Assembly (NCBI RefSeq): GCF_037042905.1
Contig: NC_087250.1
Span: 20,958,001-21,022,000, forward strand
Source: Lytechinus pictus
Taxonomy: Eukaryota
DNA length: 64,000 nt
Direction of reading: 5' to 3'
Under the pieces are notes generated by a model that saw nothing but the letters and a program-made list of their open reading frames with translations, did not search any database and was not told the origin of the DNA. Positions 13,021-25,904 of the stretch are shown piece by piece; position 1 is the stretch's first letter, and every line of letters starts with the position of its first letter. Position numbers and translations under genes: made by a program.

Positions 13021-16000
13021 AAAATGACAAACATATAAAGTGGAACAACCATAATATAGACAACAGACACAGTGAGCCACTGCAGTTTTTTCGCCCTTTT
13101 TTCGCCGTTTTGTGTGTTATAACCTATGGGTAATTCAAAGTTGCAGTTTTTTCGCCGTTTTGAAAACGGCTAGAAAAGGGCGAAGAAAGGGAGAATTTTT
13201 GGAGAAAAAACGGCCAAAAAACGGCTACATTAGGTTTCCTATGTAAACATTGAATTAATATGGAGTGCCATCATTGTTCAATATAAGCGGAGCTATTTAT
13301 TTCCCAATAAAAACGGCGAGAAAACGGCGAATGTTAAGGACAAGGATCCTGTTAGAGGAGTGAAGATACTGAGAGAAAACGGCTGATAAACGGAGACAAA
13401 AGGGCGAATGGGTAGTAAGGTGTGTGTTGCATAAAAGGGAGACAAAAGGGCGAATGGGTATAAGGCGTGCAGTGCATAAACGGAGAGAAAATTGTGAATG
13501 GGTCCCAAGGAGTGCATTGCATGAAAGTGAGAGAAAGTGGCGGGACAACGGAGAGAAAAGGGCAGATGAGTAGTAAGAGGTGAGAGCATGAAACAGAAAA
13601 AAAAGAAAAGGGCGAATGGGTAGTATGAAGTGCTTTGCATAAAATGGCAAAAAGAAATGTGAAAATGTGTGATATGCATTGAGAAAAAGTGACTATAAAA
13701 CGTAGAATATATATTTGCAATTTTTCTGCCAACTTAAGATTTTCTGAAGAACTCCTTTTGGAAATAAGCTCTAGTTTTCATGGGTAATATTCAATAATAA
13801 TTCTCATTTCATTCATGTAAACAATTTTTTATTTTACTTTCGGGGGGGGGGGGGTTATGCCTTCATTCATAAATCTTATTTACATATTGTATAGGCCTAC
13901 TACATTAATTGTTTTATTTCAACATTTTTTATATTTCATGTGGAATTTGATAAAATGTCAATCAGATGAAAATAAAATTTAATTGAATTGGATTGAAACT
14001 TCTTTGAATACTTTATTCTTTACTCTTATTTTCCCTTCTTCATGGGCGGGAACCCGAGGGGAACGCGTCCCTCACTTTTTGGAAAGGGGGGCATAATATC
14101 TTCCCCCTCTACTATTTGTGGTCTTTTATGATGGAGAACAATAAATCATTCAAAGTCGAATGTAGTTAAAGAGCTTAAATTTGCCCTGTTTACTAAAAAA
14201 ATGCAAAATTTCTCACGCCGAATATTGGCACGCAGGTTGTCAGGGAAGTAATCTACAAAATTGCATCGTAATTTGTTTCATGCAAATCGCTATTAAGTAA
14301 TTATGCTAATTCATGCGTAATTAGTATGCAAAATCATACTTTTTCCTCTAACTCCCTTTATAAAGTTTAGAATGTTCTATTTTTTTTTGGTATAAGAACT
14401 CTTTGTCTACATGAACAAAATTGTGATATAAGATCAATTTCTTTTGTCTTATTGTTTTTTGCAATTCCGTATGTATTTCTTTTGTTTTTTACTTTTTGTT
14501 TTTCATTATTTTTTCGATTAAATTTGTTTGGGACTCTTCTTACAGAGCTGCCAACCGTTACGTTTTTGCCGTATTTGTTATGTCTTTTCACCCAAAATAC
14601 AGCGTTACTTTTTTTCTTTGTAAAATACGTTTTCTTAAAATTTCGATCGTGTAATATGCAGGCCGTCGATGCCCCTATAACTGGCCGTGATGCCTTTACA
14701 AAAAGTGATAAGTTTTTTCTACCTGGCCGACGTGCCCTTTTTCAAAACTGGTCATGCCCTAGCTTCAGTGTAAGATTAAAGTTTACAAAGTTCTCCCATA
14801 TTTCACAAGCAAAAATACAGGAGAGAGAGAAAAAAAAAAAGTTAAAAAATAACTCAGATCAATTCAAACTGCAAGCCATTTTCTGTGATTTTCTGGGATC
14901 TACACACAGACACACACACACACGCAACGTTAGCATACAGTGTACATGTACCAGCTGCCGCACGTGGCTTGGCCTGCCTGCCTGTGTGGTGTGTGGCAGG
15001 CTTGCTTGATCGGAGGAGATCTGCAAACTCTGAATCAAAGTGAACAATCTCACATGATTAACAGTTTTTCCAACAAAATAATCACAAAATCGGCAGGACA
15101 TTTTTATAATGACATAGGCCTATATATGGATCCTCAGATTAATGATTTGGTGATGGAGTCGTAGGAGCAAGTTATCGAGTTTTCATTTACTAGATCGATC
15201 TAGTTGTTTCAGCTCATGACGAAATACCTCCATTTGATGACACTATACCCCATTTTTTCTCAATGAATTCTCTTCTCCGAATACGAAAACCATACTGCCA
15301 CAGGCATGCAATGTAATTATCAAAACACCTGTTTCTTGACCTCGGTCCGAAGATAACACAACAGCCCGAGTGCGGTCCGAGAAAACATGTCGCCATTTTT
15401 TATTCACTTATGAAACGACCCCCAGGGCTTGGAAATGATGTTTTAGATTTTCAAATGCAAAATGGGGTGAAATACCGCAGTTTGCCATCTGATCTGCGGT
15501 CCGTTTTCAAACGGGGGTAAGACGTAATGTTTTGTTTTGAGTGAAAATGAGTCTTCTCGTGTTCGCACCGATAACAAGAAGACAAGACAATGGGAATAGA
15601 GATGGTGTGATGCCGCGATGTTCATTTGATTAAAGTTTGACAATGTTTCACCTTCAAATTTTATTTGTTTCTAAAAAAATTTAGTTTTCTAACAATTTTT
15701 AAATATATTATAAAAAAGACAAATATCAGTAAGATTATTTTGTTAGATGATTACATTTGTTTTGTTTGCTTGAAGCTTAAATTTTTGTTTCCTCTTTAAT
15801 TCTTTCTTCATTGCTTTCTTTCGTTCATTTTATTTCTTTTCTATCTTTTTTCTTCATACTTTCTTCTATCCTTCCTGCTTGCTTTTTTTTGTTCTATCTT
15901 ATTTCAAATCTTTCCTAGCTTTCTTTCCTGATCCTTTCTCTCTGTTCATTTTTTCTTACCTTCCTTCCTTACTTTCCTTTTATTTCCTTTCTTCTTTCTT

Positions 16001-16142
16001 TCCTTATTTTTTTTGGGTTCCCTTCCTCTCCTCTTCTCTTTTCATTCTTTCTGTCATTCCATATTTCTTCCTTTCTTTCATTCTTTTCTTGCTTTCACTC
16101 TCGCATGATAATGCGAAAGGCACTTTTCATGTTCCTGATGCT

Positions 16143-16265
16143 GCAGTCACATTTCCACTACCGCGGCTATGGCGAGTCGAAAACAGCCGTTTTATTAATG
16201 TGTAGATGGTACAAAAAAGTCTTAACGGATGTTGTTGACCCGCAGTAAGGGAAATGTGACTGGGC
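16143..16265. mobile_element. Short MITE
   Basis: cagtcacatttcc ... ggaaatgtgactg. Confidence 0.6.
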
Positions 16266-16464
16266 CATTGGTCATGTAAGTAGTATCCAACAAACCACTT
16301 CGAAATACTTTAATTTTTGGGGAGGCATACATCAGCCTCCATGATGTCATGAGCTGGTTCGATCTCATTGATATATTGGTCAAAACTGTGTTTTATAGTG
16401 TTAAAGACCCCAATGCACTTGAGCTACTTCGTTTCATAGGAAAGCTAACTTTTAAAATGTATAA

Positions 16465-17640
16465 AGCCCCTTTCACAATTGACGTACGACCTGTTTACGA
16501 CCACCTGCAACAGTTTTTTCTTGTTGTTGCACGATCGATCCCTTGGTGTCTTGCGAGCACTCGCAGTCGTTGTAGACGATCGCACAAACTCGAGGTGGTC
16601 GGAGGTGATCGTGACTGGTCGCATCTGAACCTTGAACATGTTCAAAATCCAAACGCGATCAAATACGATTGATTCACTCGCAACAGGTCGTACCATCGGT
16701 CGGGCGATCATCGTGTGAGTGTTGTTCAACGTTGTACGACATGGTGCGAGAGGTGGCATAGTCGCATTTAGTCGACTGGAGGTCGTACAACACTTGCACA
16801 TGTGCTGGAGACCTACAGAGACCAGTCTTGCGACTGGGTGCGATAATATGAGACTGTTGCAAGAACGATCGAAATTACGGCTTACTACATTGCACTACCG
16901 TTGCATTCGCATGTATGCGACCGTTCGGCCCCTTTCACAATTGACGTCCGACCAGTTTACGACCGCCTGCAACAGTTTTTTCTTGTTGTTGCACGATCGA
17001 TGTCTTGGTGTCTTGCGAGCACTCGCAGTCGTTGTAGATGGTCGCACGAACTCGAGGTGGTCGTGACTGGTCACATCTGAACTTTGAACATGTTCAAAAT
17101 CCGAACGCGATCAAATACGATCGATTCACTCGCATCAGGCCGTACCCGGGGTCGTACCATCGGTCGGGCGATCATCGTGCGAGTGTTGTTCAACGTTGTA
17201 CGACTTGGTGCGAGAGGTGGCACAACTAAGTAGTCGCATTTACTTGACTGGAGGTCGTGCAACACTTGCACATATGCAAGCGACCTACATGTACAGAGAC
17301 CTGTCTTGCGACTGGTTGCGATAATAATATGGGCCATAAGACTGTTGCAAGACCGATCGCAACGGCTTACAACATTGCACTACCGTTTCATTCGCATGTA
17401 TGCGACCGTTCCACTCGCAATCCCTCGTGCAACACTCGCATGTGATCGCACGAGCACAATAAGAGCATATGCGACTTACTCGTGCAACGGGGTTTACTGG
17501 TTGTTTTTGTAGTACGACAGCTGTTGCAACTGTGAAAGCCTCTGTGCGATCTTATGAGATGACTAGCGATTGATGGCTGTTGCAACCTGTCGCACGACCA
17601 AAAGGTCGCAAATTGTCGTACGTCAATTGTGAAAGGGGCT
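16465..17640. mobile_element. PIF/Harbinger-like MITE with duplicated left arm
   Basis: TIR agcccctttcacaattgacgtacgac / gtcgtacgtcaattgtgaaaggggct with TAA/TTA flanks. A second left end starts at 16928. Confidence 0.8.
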
Positions 17641-18304
17641 TTACAGAAGCTTTGGAGAGAATGCCCTAGCTGTTGCGACTTCAATGGGGTCAATTAATTA
17701 CACTGTCTCGCACGTTTTGTGAACAATGGAAGGTGTGAATGAAGGTGTGAAGATTGCAGTGAACACCTAACAATAGGAAGAATCTGTTTCAATTTAAGTT
17801 ACGCAATGATCACTTGTGATCTCTCGTTGTGTTTCTTCAACCCGGATGAACCCCCAAACCACATTGTCCAATCACGGACCTACTACAATAGTCAGCGTTT
17901 GTGAAAACGGAATGATAATCGAGGATGATAGTGTATTTTTGATGTAATTAAATAATGATAGTGGTGATAATGAAGGGGGATAAAGAGGAAGAAGACGACG
18001 AGAATGATGGTGGTGGTAATGATTTTGATGGCGGTGATGATGATGACGATAACATAATTATTTTTTTCTTGATAAACGTATTATGTGTGTAAATTTATAA
18101 AAAAGATGAAATTTTCTTTTTAAGAATTATGATATAAAAAGGAAAAAATTCCTTTTTCCAGACCCGGTTCTGGAAAAAAGACTTTGGACTTATATTGTAC
18201 TTTTTGAAACAACCGGGTCTGGAAAAAGACTTTGCACTTTTGTGCTTTATCAACGTATTACTATAGATTTTAGTTTAGAACGGATTCGCCTAAAATCCCT
18301 TCAA

Positions 18305-18505
18305 ATTTATTACATTTGTGGGTAAAGTGCATTATTACATTTCTGGGTTTAATTATTACATTTGTGGGTAAAGTGTTATTACATTTTTGGGCGATCAAAA
18401 ATTATTACATTTCTGGGTAGTGTTATTACATTTTTGGGCGTTATTACATTTGTGGGTAAAGTGTTATTACATTTGTGAGCGATTATCACATTTGTGGGTG
18501 TAACA
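18305..18505. repeat. Tandem TTATTACATTT(G/C/T)TGGG array ending in TGTAACA (probable single transposon end)
   Basis: About nine copies of the ttattacattt core with short variable linkers. Confidence 0.8.
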
Positions 18506-19361
18506 GCCCCCCCCCCCCCCCATATGTGCATTTCTACCAATAGCCTATATTAATATTATGTTGTTGTTATTATTTGATGAATAATTTTCATAGAAACAAC
18601 TGGCTCAGAAAACTATTAAACACAGCCTTTCGTGAAAAGCTCCCCTGGTTGTCCCGAGAAGGTGTGTTTATTTGACTCCCTTCCCTCATCCCACCCTTTC
18701 GAGAAAAGCTATCCTGGTTTTCTCGAAAGGGTGCGGCCATTCCCACTTTGCAAACGCAAACGATCGTAACAAGCCCAAGATAAAGAAAATAATACAGTAC
18801 AGTATAATTGAATACATTTAGCACATTGCAGCATCTTTCTAAAAGAAAAATGATGAAAAAAAATCATATTTATGAAGTATCAATTTTTTAAACATAACAA
18901 AATACGGTGAAAATGAATTAATTATAGATTTTTGTTAATTCTCTTATGACAGCAAAAAACACGTGTTTAATATACGAACCACAAGTGACAAAAGATTTCA
19001 CACGCGAAGAGGGGCGAAATCGGAAGCTGAGAATTTTATTTTCAGATAGAGGCCGATTGATTTCAGCCATTTTAAAATTCTTATTTTTAGTAGGTATTTG
19101 TGATTACTTTATGGTGGAATTTTGATGAATTTTAAGAAAAAGTTTGATATGATTGAAAGAAATGAAGATTTGTCGGTATTATACACTACCTTACATTACG
19201 GTGTATGAATGTTATTCTAAGTTGTCTCAAGAACATGCACTCACCCGCTTGTGTGGTACAACATTATTTGCTTTGTACTTGTTTAGTCCTATTTATTACT
19301 AGTTTTATTACTTTTTGTGCCTTTTGTCATTTATTAGCAGTTTTGTAGGCTTTTTACCGAT

Positions 19362-19560
19362 GGGGGTATTCACCCTTATATTAGCCGTTTTGTAGCCGTT
19401 TTCCACAAGGGAGGTATTCGCCCTTTATTAGCCGTTTTGTAGCCGTTTTCCACAAGGAAGGTATTCGCCATTTATTAGCCGTTTTGTAGCCGTTTCCCAC
19501 AATGGAGGTATTCGCCCTTTATTAGCCGTTTTGTAGCCGTTTTCTCGAAGGGAGGTATTC
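19362..19560. repeat. ~47-bp tandem minisatellite (~4 copies), subterminal array of the CACAGTG element
   Basis: Unit ggtattcgccctttattagccgttttgtagccgttttccacaaggga. Confidence 0.9.
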
Positions 19561-21020
19561 ATTATTTTATTCTGATGAAAATCATTGTTGCATACGTTAG
19601 CTTTCCATAGTCGGTACACTTTTTTTGTCGCCGTTTTTTAGCCGTTTTCTAGCCCTTTTCTAGCCGTTTCCTCTTGGGGAAAAAGGGAGAAAAAAGGGAG
19701 AAAAAACGGCGAAAAAACGGCGAATCACCCAAACCAGTCTGGCTCACTGTGAGACAAGCTACAGCAACTCTAGAAACAAGGAGACAAAAGGGGCATTAGT
19801 GAGTAGAGAAGACTAATCAGGTTAGTGAAGGGGATGAAAGAAAAGGAGTAGGCAGACACAAAGGGAGGTTAGTGTAAGTAAGGCCAGTAAAAGACCTCCA
19901 GCCAAGAGGGATTAAGATAAGGAGGCAGGCAACATCAAACAGGATGTGGAACAAAACAGTGATAGAGGGTATGAGGAAGAGATGAATAACAAGAGAATTA
20001 GTGAGAGGTGGGTCAAACAGGTTACAAAGAAAGGCATAATAAACTGGTGCATAAGAGTGGGGAAAAAAGGAAAAGAATGGGGAACAACTGATAATATAGA
20101 CATATAAGTATATATGATAAAGCATAAAACAAACTAAGAGAAGAAGGTAAGTGTAAATATGTATCTATAAGTGATATGTACATAAATATATCCAAAAAAT
20201 AAATGTATATGAAAAAATATAAATACACATATATGTGGTGTAACTGGTATTGTAATCCGCTAGGTGTGACGGGAATAAAAACAAAAGACTATATAGTAGG
20301 AAAAAAAACAAACAAACAAACAAACAAACAAACAACCTGTATATGTGAAAAAGAGGAAGCAAATTGCCTAAAAGGGTAAAAGCAAATATAGAAGAGAGGG
20401 GTGTATTATGAAGAACCATAGTATACATGTAAATAAGCAAATGTGGTAAATCTAAAAGAGGTGAGTGGAGAAAAAAAAAATTAAATAATTATTATATCGC
20501 CTGAATAAGGAAGGAAAATTGGAGCTGAGCTTGTATGAGATATGGGAGAAAGTAGAGGAAGAAACTATAATGTAACTATTCAAATGAGCTGAGGGGAAAA
20601 ATTATATGTACATGTATATATAAATTGAAAGTGGATAGGAAAGAATAATCAGTCGTTCCCCTCTTGGATGTTCAGGCCATGAGGTTGGGTGGTACGAAGA
20701 TAGATAAATAAATAGATAGAAGATAGATAGAGAGAGAAAGACAGAAAGATGGATAGATAGATAGAGAGAGGGGGAGAGAGAGATAGAGAATTCGAGAGAT
20801 AGATATATGTTAGATAGATAAAGAATGAGAGAGACAGAGAAGAGCGACAAATTAACAGATCGATAGATACTGCAGTTACATATAGATAGATAGATATATA
20901 GATAGATAGATAGATAGAAGATAGATAGATTGATAGAGAGAGAGAGAGAACTAGAGAAAGACAGATGGATAGATAGAGAGAGAGAGACAGAGAAGATTAA
21001 TAGATAGATACTGTAGTTAC

Positions 21021-21063
<43 letters not shown>

Positions 21064-21460
21064 TATACATAATTTGAGAGATAGATACATAGACGGATAG
21101 AGAGAAAAAGACAGACAGATGGATAGATAGATAGAAAGAAAGAATTTGAGAGACAGACAGACAGATGGATAGAGAGAATTCGAGAGATAGATAGACGGAT
21201 AGAGAGAAACAGAGAGAGAGAAAAAGACAGACAGATGGATAGATAGAGAGAATTTGAGATATATATATATATTGGATTTTATTGCAATAAAAACTATCAA
21301 AATACAATCACAAGCAGTCAAAGACTGAAATAAGTGAATGTTTACATACAAATAGAATCATAACAAAATATAAAGTAAACATTATAAATAAATATCAAAT
21401 ACAATACAAATTCATACAGATAAAAAAAGAAATGTATCGTAAATAAATACAAAAGGCCAA

Positions 21461-21559
21461 AATGGGTCGGCTTAATTATTAATGGGTCGGCCTAATTATT
21501 AATGGGTCGGCCTAATTATTAATGGGTCGGCCTAATTATAATGGGTCGGCCTAATTATA
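21461..21559. repeat. 20-bp tandem repeat, 5 copies
   Basis: aatgggtcggcctaattatt repeated with minor variants. Confidence 0.9.
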
Positions 21560-23256
21560 AGGATTTTTTTCCTTTTTGGCTGCCACCCCTCAGTATGATT
21601 CTGAATCATAATGCAATTTTTAGACTTTACACTGATTTGTAATACATGTATTTTAACTTTGTATTATATTTGTTTTTTATGTAAAGGTTTTACTGAGAGA
21701 ATAAAACAATTTGAAACAATTTGAAATTTGAAAGTAAAGTGTCACCAAAGAAGAAAAAAGCGGAATGAAAGATTAAGAAGAAATAGGTGAGAGAAGGGAA
21801 AGAAATTGGGATAACAAAGAGAAGGGAAAGCAAGAGGTGGAATTTGAAAGAGAATATAGGAGGCAACCTTCAGAAGAAAAAAAACTCATTATGCAATACA
21901 AGACATTTAACAATGGTAACAAGTAAATAAAGTAGTAATTGAATCGAATCGAGCACAAAAAAGGGAAAAGTAGAGCTGAGGAAATAGACTCCCGAAGGAA
22001 GTCGAAGCAGTGTTGATATTGCACATGAGTAGATTAACAGATGGATAGAGAGAAATAAAAGAGAGACAGATGGATAGATAGAGAATTTGAGAGATAGATG
22101 TTAGATGGATAGACAGATAGATAGGTAGATAGAGAATGAGAGAGACAGAGTAGATAGACAAATTAACAGATAGATATATCATGTAGTACCATAGATTGAT
22201 TTATAACATAGATAGTGGATAGACAGATATGATAGATATAAGGATAGATATAATATGAAAACAAGTAATTATGTGTTTTATTTTTCATTATTTTAGCTAT
22301 TATTCATTTTCATTCATATAAACGATCATGTGCGATAAAGTAAAAAAAATAATGAAGCCAACGTATATAGTTCATCGGAACAACCAAAATACAGAGACTG
22401 AAGCTTTTGGTCTATAAGCTCAGCTGCATTTGCACGTATGTTCTGCGGATATCTTCGGTGCGGACTTTTGGATCGCGCGCCCAGCTGATTATGTAAACGA
22501 ACGTAGACGTAGACTCTTCACTAGTCGCTTTGTGGCTATTTTTGCGGAAAATGCCTTCGCCAGGGTGTAAAACGGAAACGCGCATCCGGCGCTGTGGTTA
22601 ATCAATAATGGGCTTTTATCCTGCATGGAAATAAATGATCATGCTTTACACACTCTTGGTAACTAGGTGTGCACTTGTAAAAAAAAAGTAATAAAACTAA
22701 AATAATAAATAAAACAAGTAACTTAATACAAAAATAAAAGAAGTCGTAATCGAGCGGTCTAAAGGGCCTGACAATACATGGAAAGTCCGTGGTTCGATAA
22801 TGGTCTTTTATCAAGCATTCAAATAAATGAGAATGCTATACGCATTTTTGGTAACAAGGTGTGCACTTGCAAAAAAAAAATAAAAGCTCAAATTTGTTTC
22901 TCTGTTGGAATTGTTACTTCGAACAGTCGAATGCATTGAGAAATCTGTTTCGATCAAGAGCCCCATGATCGATACCATGGTTTGCTTTCAACCGAAACAT
23001 GCCGATAACCAATCAAGATTGTCGTCAAACGCTCAATCTGTTCCTAAGATTGGACTATCAGCCCTTTAGATTTGTTCTTTCATTCTTGTGATTCAAAGGG
23101 GTAGCGACCAACACTGACTAAAACTTTGTGTAGTGTCTCATTGACTATGTTCATGTTTTAAGAATGGCTAGTTTAGTAGGGTTATCCCACAAACACCTAA
23201 ACACTTAAAATATACATTTTGTTAAATTAGACGAACTACAATCGATTAACAAATGA

Positions 23257-24452
23257 TTTAAGTTCAAGTTCAAGTTTATTTTCCATTTCCATTAACAACA
23301 TTATAAGCAAATACAAATCAAACATACATAGATATAAACAAATACAAATGAAATAGGATAACAATGATTACAAATCAATTACGAGTTCCAAAACATTTGT
23401 AAAATAGTTTTAACAAAATCTGATATGGAAATGAGGGGATCCACTAAAAAGCATTGCTTGTAGAGCGTGGATCCCCTATGATAATATATTAAACATTTGA
23501 AAAATGGGACTCATTCGCAAGTGTAAATACGATAGGTTAAAATACAATATTTTATGTGAATAATAATAAGATGGTGAGTAATAGCGAGAAATAATAAAAA
23601 AATGACAGAGATACGGGACGATATTAAAAACTCAAAAGAAAACAAAGACATGACGAAGAATAAAGGGAGAGAGAAGGAATAAAGTACTGAAAGGGGAGCG
23701 AGAGAGGGAGAGGGCAAAGATAAATGGGGAGAGACAGAAAGAGAGGGAGACACACACGGATATATATATGTAGATAGAAAGGGTAGAAAGAAAGAGGGGG
23801 GGGGGCAAGAACGAGAGTGCAAACGTGGATCAAAGAGAGTGTGACTTAATAGCGTGCTTAGACAATACTAAAAATCTACAAACTAATTAATTACCTTGGT
23901 AAGACAGTAGCAGAAATATTTTTAGCTTTCTCTTAAATGAGTTGATGGAGGGGGCCTGTTGAACATCTCTACGGAGGGGATTCCAAAATTTGGGGGCGGT
24001 GAAAATAAAAGTATTTTGAGCAAAACGAGTTCTTAGGATAGGTAGATAAAAGTTATCGGCTTGTCTGGTAGGATACCTATGAAAATTGTTATTTTTAGAA
24101 AACACATCATGAAATGCAAAAGGAACCATACTGTTTTTATACATGTACATAAACTGTCCAAGCTGAAATTGGTATAAGTCTTGAATCTTTAAAATTTTAT
24201 AATCAAGGAAAAGCGGATCAGTGTGAGAACGGGGGTGTGAGAATGAAATAATACGAAGGGCTTTTTTTTTGTAATAATGATATTTTGGTGGGTATTGCCC
24301 CAAACAAGGATCCCATAGTTGATATATGGTAATATAAGAGAAGAATATAATGTAAGTAGAGAAGTAACAGGAATAAACGTTTTCAACCTATTTATGATGC
24401 CTATATTTCGGGATATTGTTTTACAAATATTATCAATATGGCATTTCCAGGA
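23257..24452 (-). mobile_element. 5'-truncated, frameshifted L2/Crack-clade LINE
   Basis: RT C-terminal remnants WKCHIDNICKTISRNIGII..LYSSLILPYINYGILVWG and KKALRIISFSHPRSHTDPLF..APKFWN in two frames; 3' UTR with AATAAA and a (CTTGAA)n tail near 23257-23280. Confidence 0.88.
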
Positions 24453-25904
24453 GAATTCTCTTCCTCTTTCTCCCACTTTCTTTTACCCCACAAACACCCA
24501 CTCACACAATCCAACACGATGCAATAATTTCACTTTGGGATGTATGTTTTTATTCGTGTTATTGATTATTACACCGCGCCCTCTCGCGCTCAAGATTAAT
24601 TACTAATACGTACAATCATTTTTACACAATAATTAAACACGAATGAATTGAATAAGATTATGAATGTGATACATCCTACTTCAACCATGAACAGCTCTAA
24701 CTTGTTCCAAACATCTGAACACTGATTGTATGAAATGACCGTCATACGTACGGAATTGTTTACATTAGTTGTTTGACATTGTCACATTGTCTTTGTATTT
24801 TACAAACAATCTTATAACCATACGAAAAAAAGGGAAATATTTTTTAATGTACTTTTCGTATTGCGATTTAAAGAGTTAAGCGTGCAAATAGTACTGTTAT
24901 ATTAATGAATAAAGCTAAACTCGTTATTCATGTTTGGTCATTTTCCATATGTCGTGGGTAGGACAAGAAAGAGCAGTCAAGACGCCAAAAGATTGAGTTG
25001 TAGTCAATCTTTTATTTGCCAGCCAGATCAAAATGTCATGAAAATGAAACCAAAACAAACAAAAACCCTGCAAAGACAGGATAAATGCAATAATTAAGTA
25101 CACTGCTACAAGGCAGTCATATATGTAATATGCATAGTATTGTATCGATAATTATATAATTTTTATATATGCTATTGTAGTAAGATTAAGTATTTCAATG
25201 AATATGAAATCAATTATTTCTTTAAATTCAATATATAAATGATATCAACATCCCCAACTATAACAATACAAGTTATTCATTAACGCCCTCATCGTATCAT
25301 CAAATCGGGTAATGAATAAATATCTCGAGAACATCATCACCTCGAATGTGACATACAAACCCTCTGACTTGCTTCTCAATAGTTACTTCCTCGTTATCCT
25401 CTGATAACACTCGTCATTAAGCAAGATAACATCAAAATATATTTGGAAATATAAATCTAACCCCAACCCTTACGCTTAACTCTTTAAACCTGAAATAACT
25501 CCTAAAAATAAAGTTAAATGAAATGCATACTGGAGGTAGGCCTACACATGTATATATATATATATATATATATAAGTGTGAGAGTATTTAGAATCATTTA
25601 ATTACATTATTGGATATTACTTATTACTATTAATCCATTTTAAATAATCTATTACAATAAAGATACCTTATATTTTATAGAATATTCAATGATCTGAAGC
25701 AAAAAGTCTTTTATCAATCTCAAATTAAAAACAAGACATAAATATATCATGTCATCTTCTGGTCCATAGCAAAACTGTAATATTTACAAAACCTCATAAA
25801 TAAACTCACTTGATTCAACAACTCCAACTCTTAAAGTTGAATTAAGAAGACGATTCCAAATATTGAGATATTTACATTAATAGCAACCTTACAACCCCCC
25901 AAAC

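Larger units (their letters stand above)
13068..19751. mobile_element. 6.7-kb non-autonomous CMC-type (CACTA/Chapaev-like) DNA transposon
   Basis: Perfect 12-bp TIR CACAGTGAGCCA / TGGCTCACTGTG with 3-bp TSD AGA. Dense subterminal AAAACGGC and AAAGGGCGAAT motifs at 13085-13640 and, largely inverted, at 19330-19725. Confidence 0.82.
12968..20699 (-). mobile_element. 5'-truncated Penelope-like retroelement (~1.05 kb in two pieces: 12968-13067 and 19755-20699)
   Basis: 20699-20649 (-) reads LRTTQPHGLNIQEGND*, the LxTxxPxGLN C-terminus of Penelope GIY-YIG endonucleases. A minimal hammerhead motif lies at the 3' end. Flanked by AGATAGATAAATAA (12954-12967, 20698-20711). Confidence 0.8.
11671..22597. 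mobile_element. Large non-autonomous piggyBac-like element with (GATA)n-rich core and nested insertions
   Basis: 75-bp inverted repeats 11685-11759 / 22509-22583 (2 mismatches). The right end is ...gg|TTAA (22598-22601). A left TTAA at 11205-11208 joins the CCCC terminus if 11209-11670 is removed. Confidence 0.75.

Noticed and set aside
13075..13110. Full 12/23 recombination signal sequences at the CACAGTG ends
   Set aside because: No nonamer-like sequence at either spacing on either end, and the TSD is 3 bp rather than 5 bp.
14452..15164. 185-aa and neighbouring ORFs as a possible transposase of the CACAGTG element
   Set aside because: Low-complexity F/L-rich text crossing MITE fragments; no DDE or zinc-finger motifs.
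19362..19560. Regularly spaced repeats resembling a CRISPR array (also 13390-13640, 18305-18505, 21461-21559)
   Set aside because: Units are tandem with no unique spacers, there are no cas genes, the context is eukaryotic, and they sit at transposon subtermini.
21770..22030. Possible C-terminus of another LINE on - inserted in the GATA block
   Set aside because: The layout suggests a retroelement 3' end, but the peptide (QHCFDFLRES..) is too short to assign.
25300..25400. Possible terminal NLR exon on - (DNEEVTIEKQVRGF...HYPI*), with a loosely similar stretch near 28040-28140
   Set aside because: Needs phase 1 whereas the 37512 donor is phase 0, the acceptor tract is weak and there is no recognisable domain; cannot be supported without RNA data.
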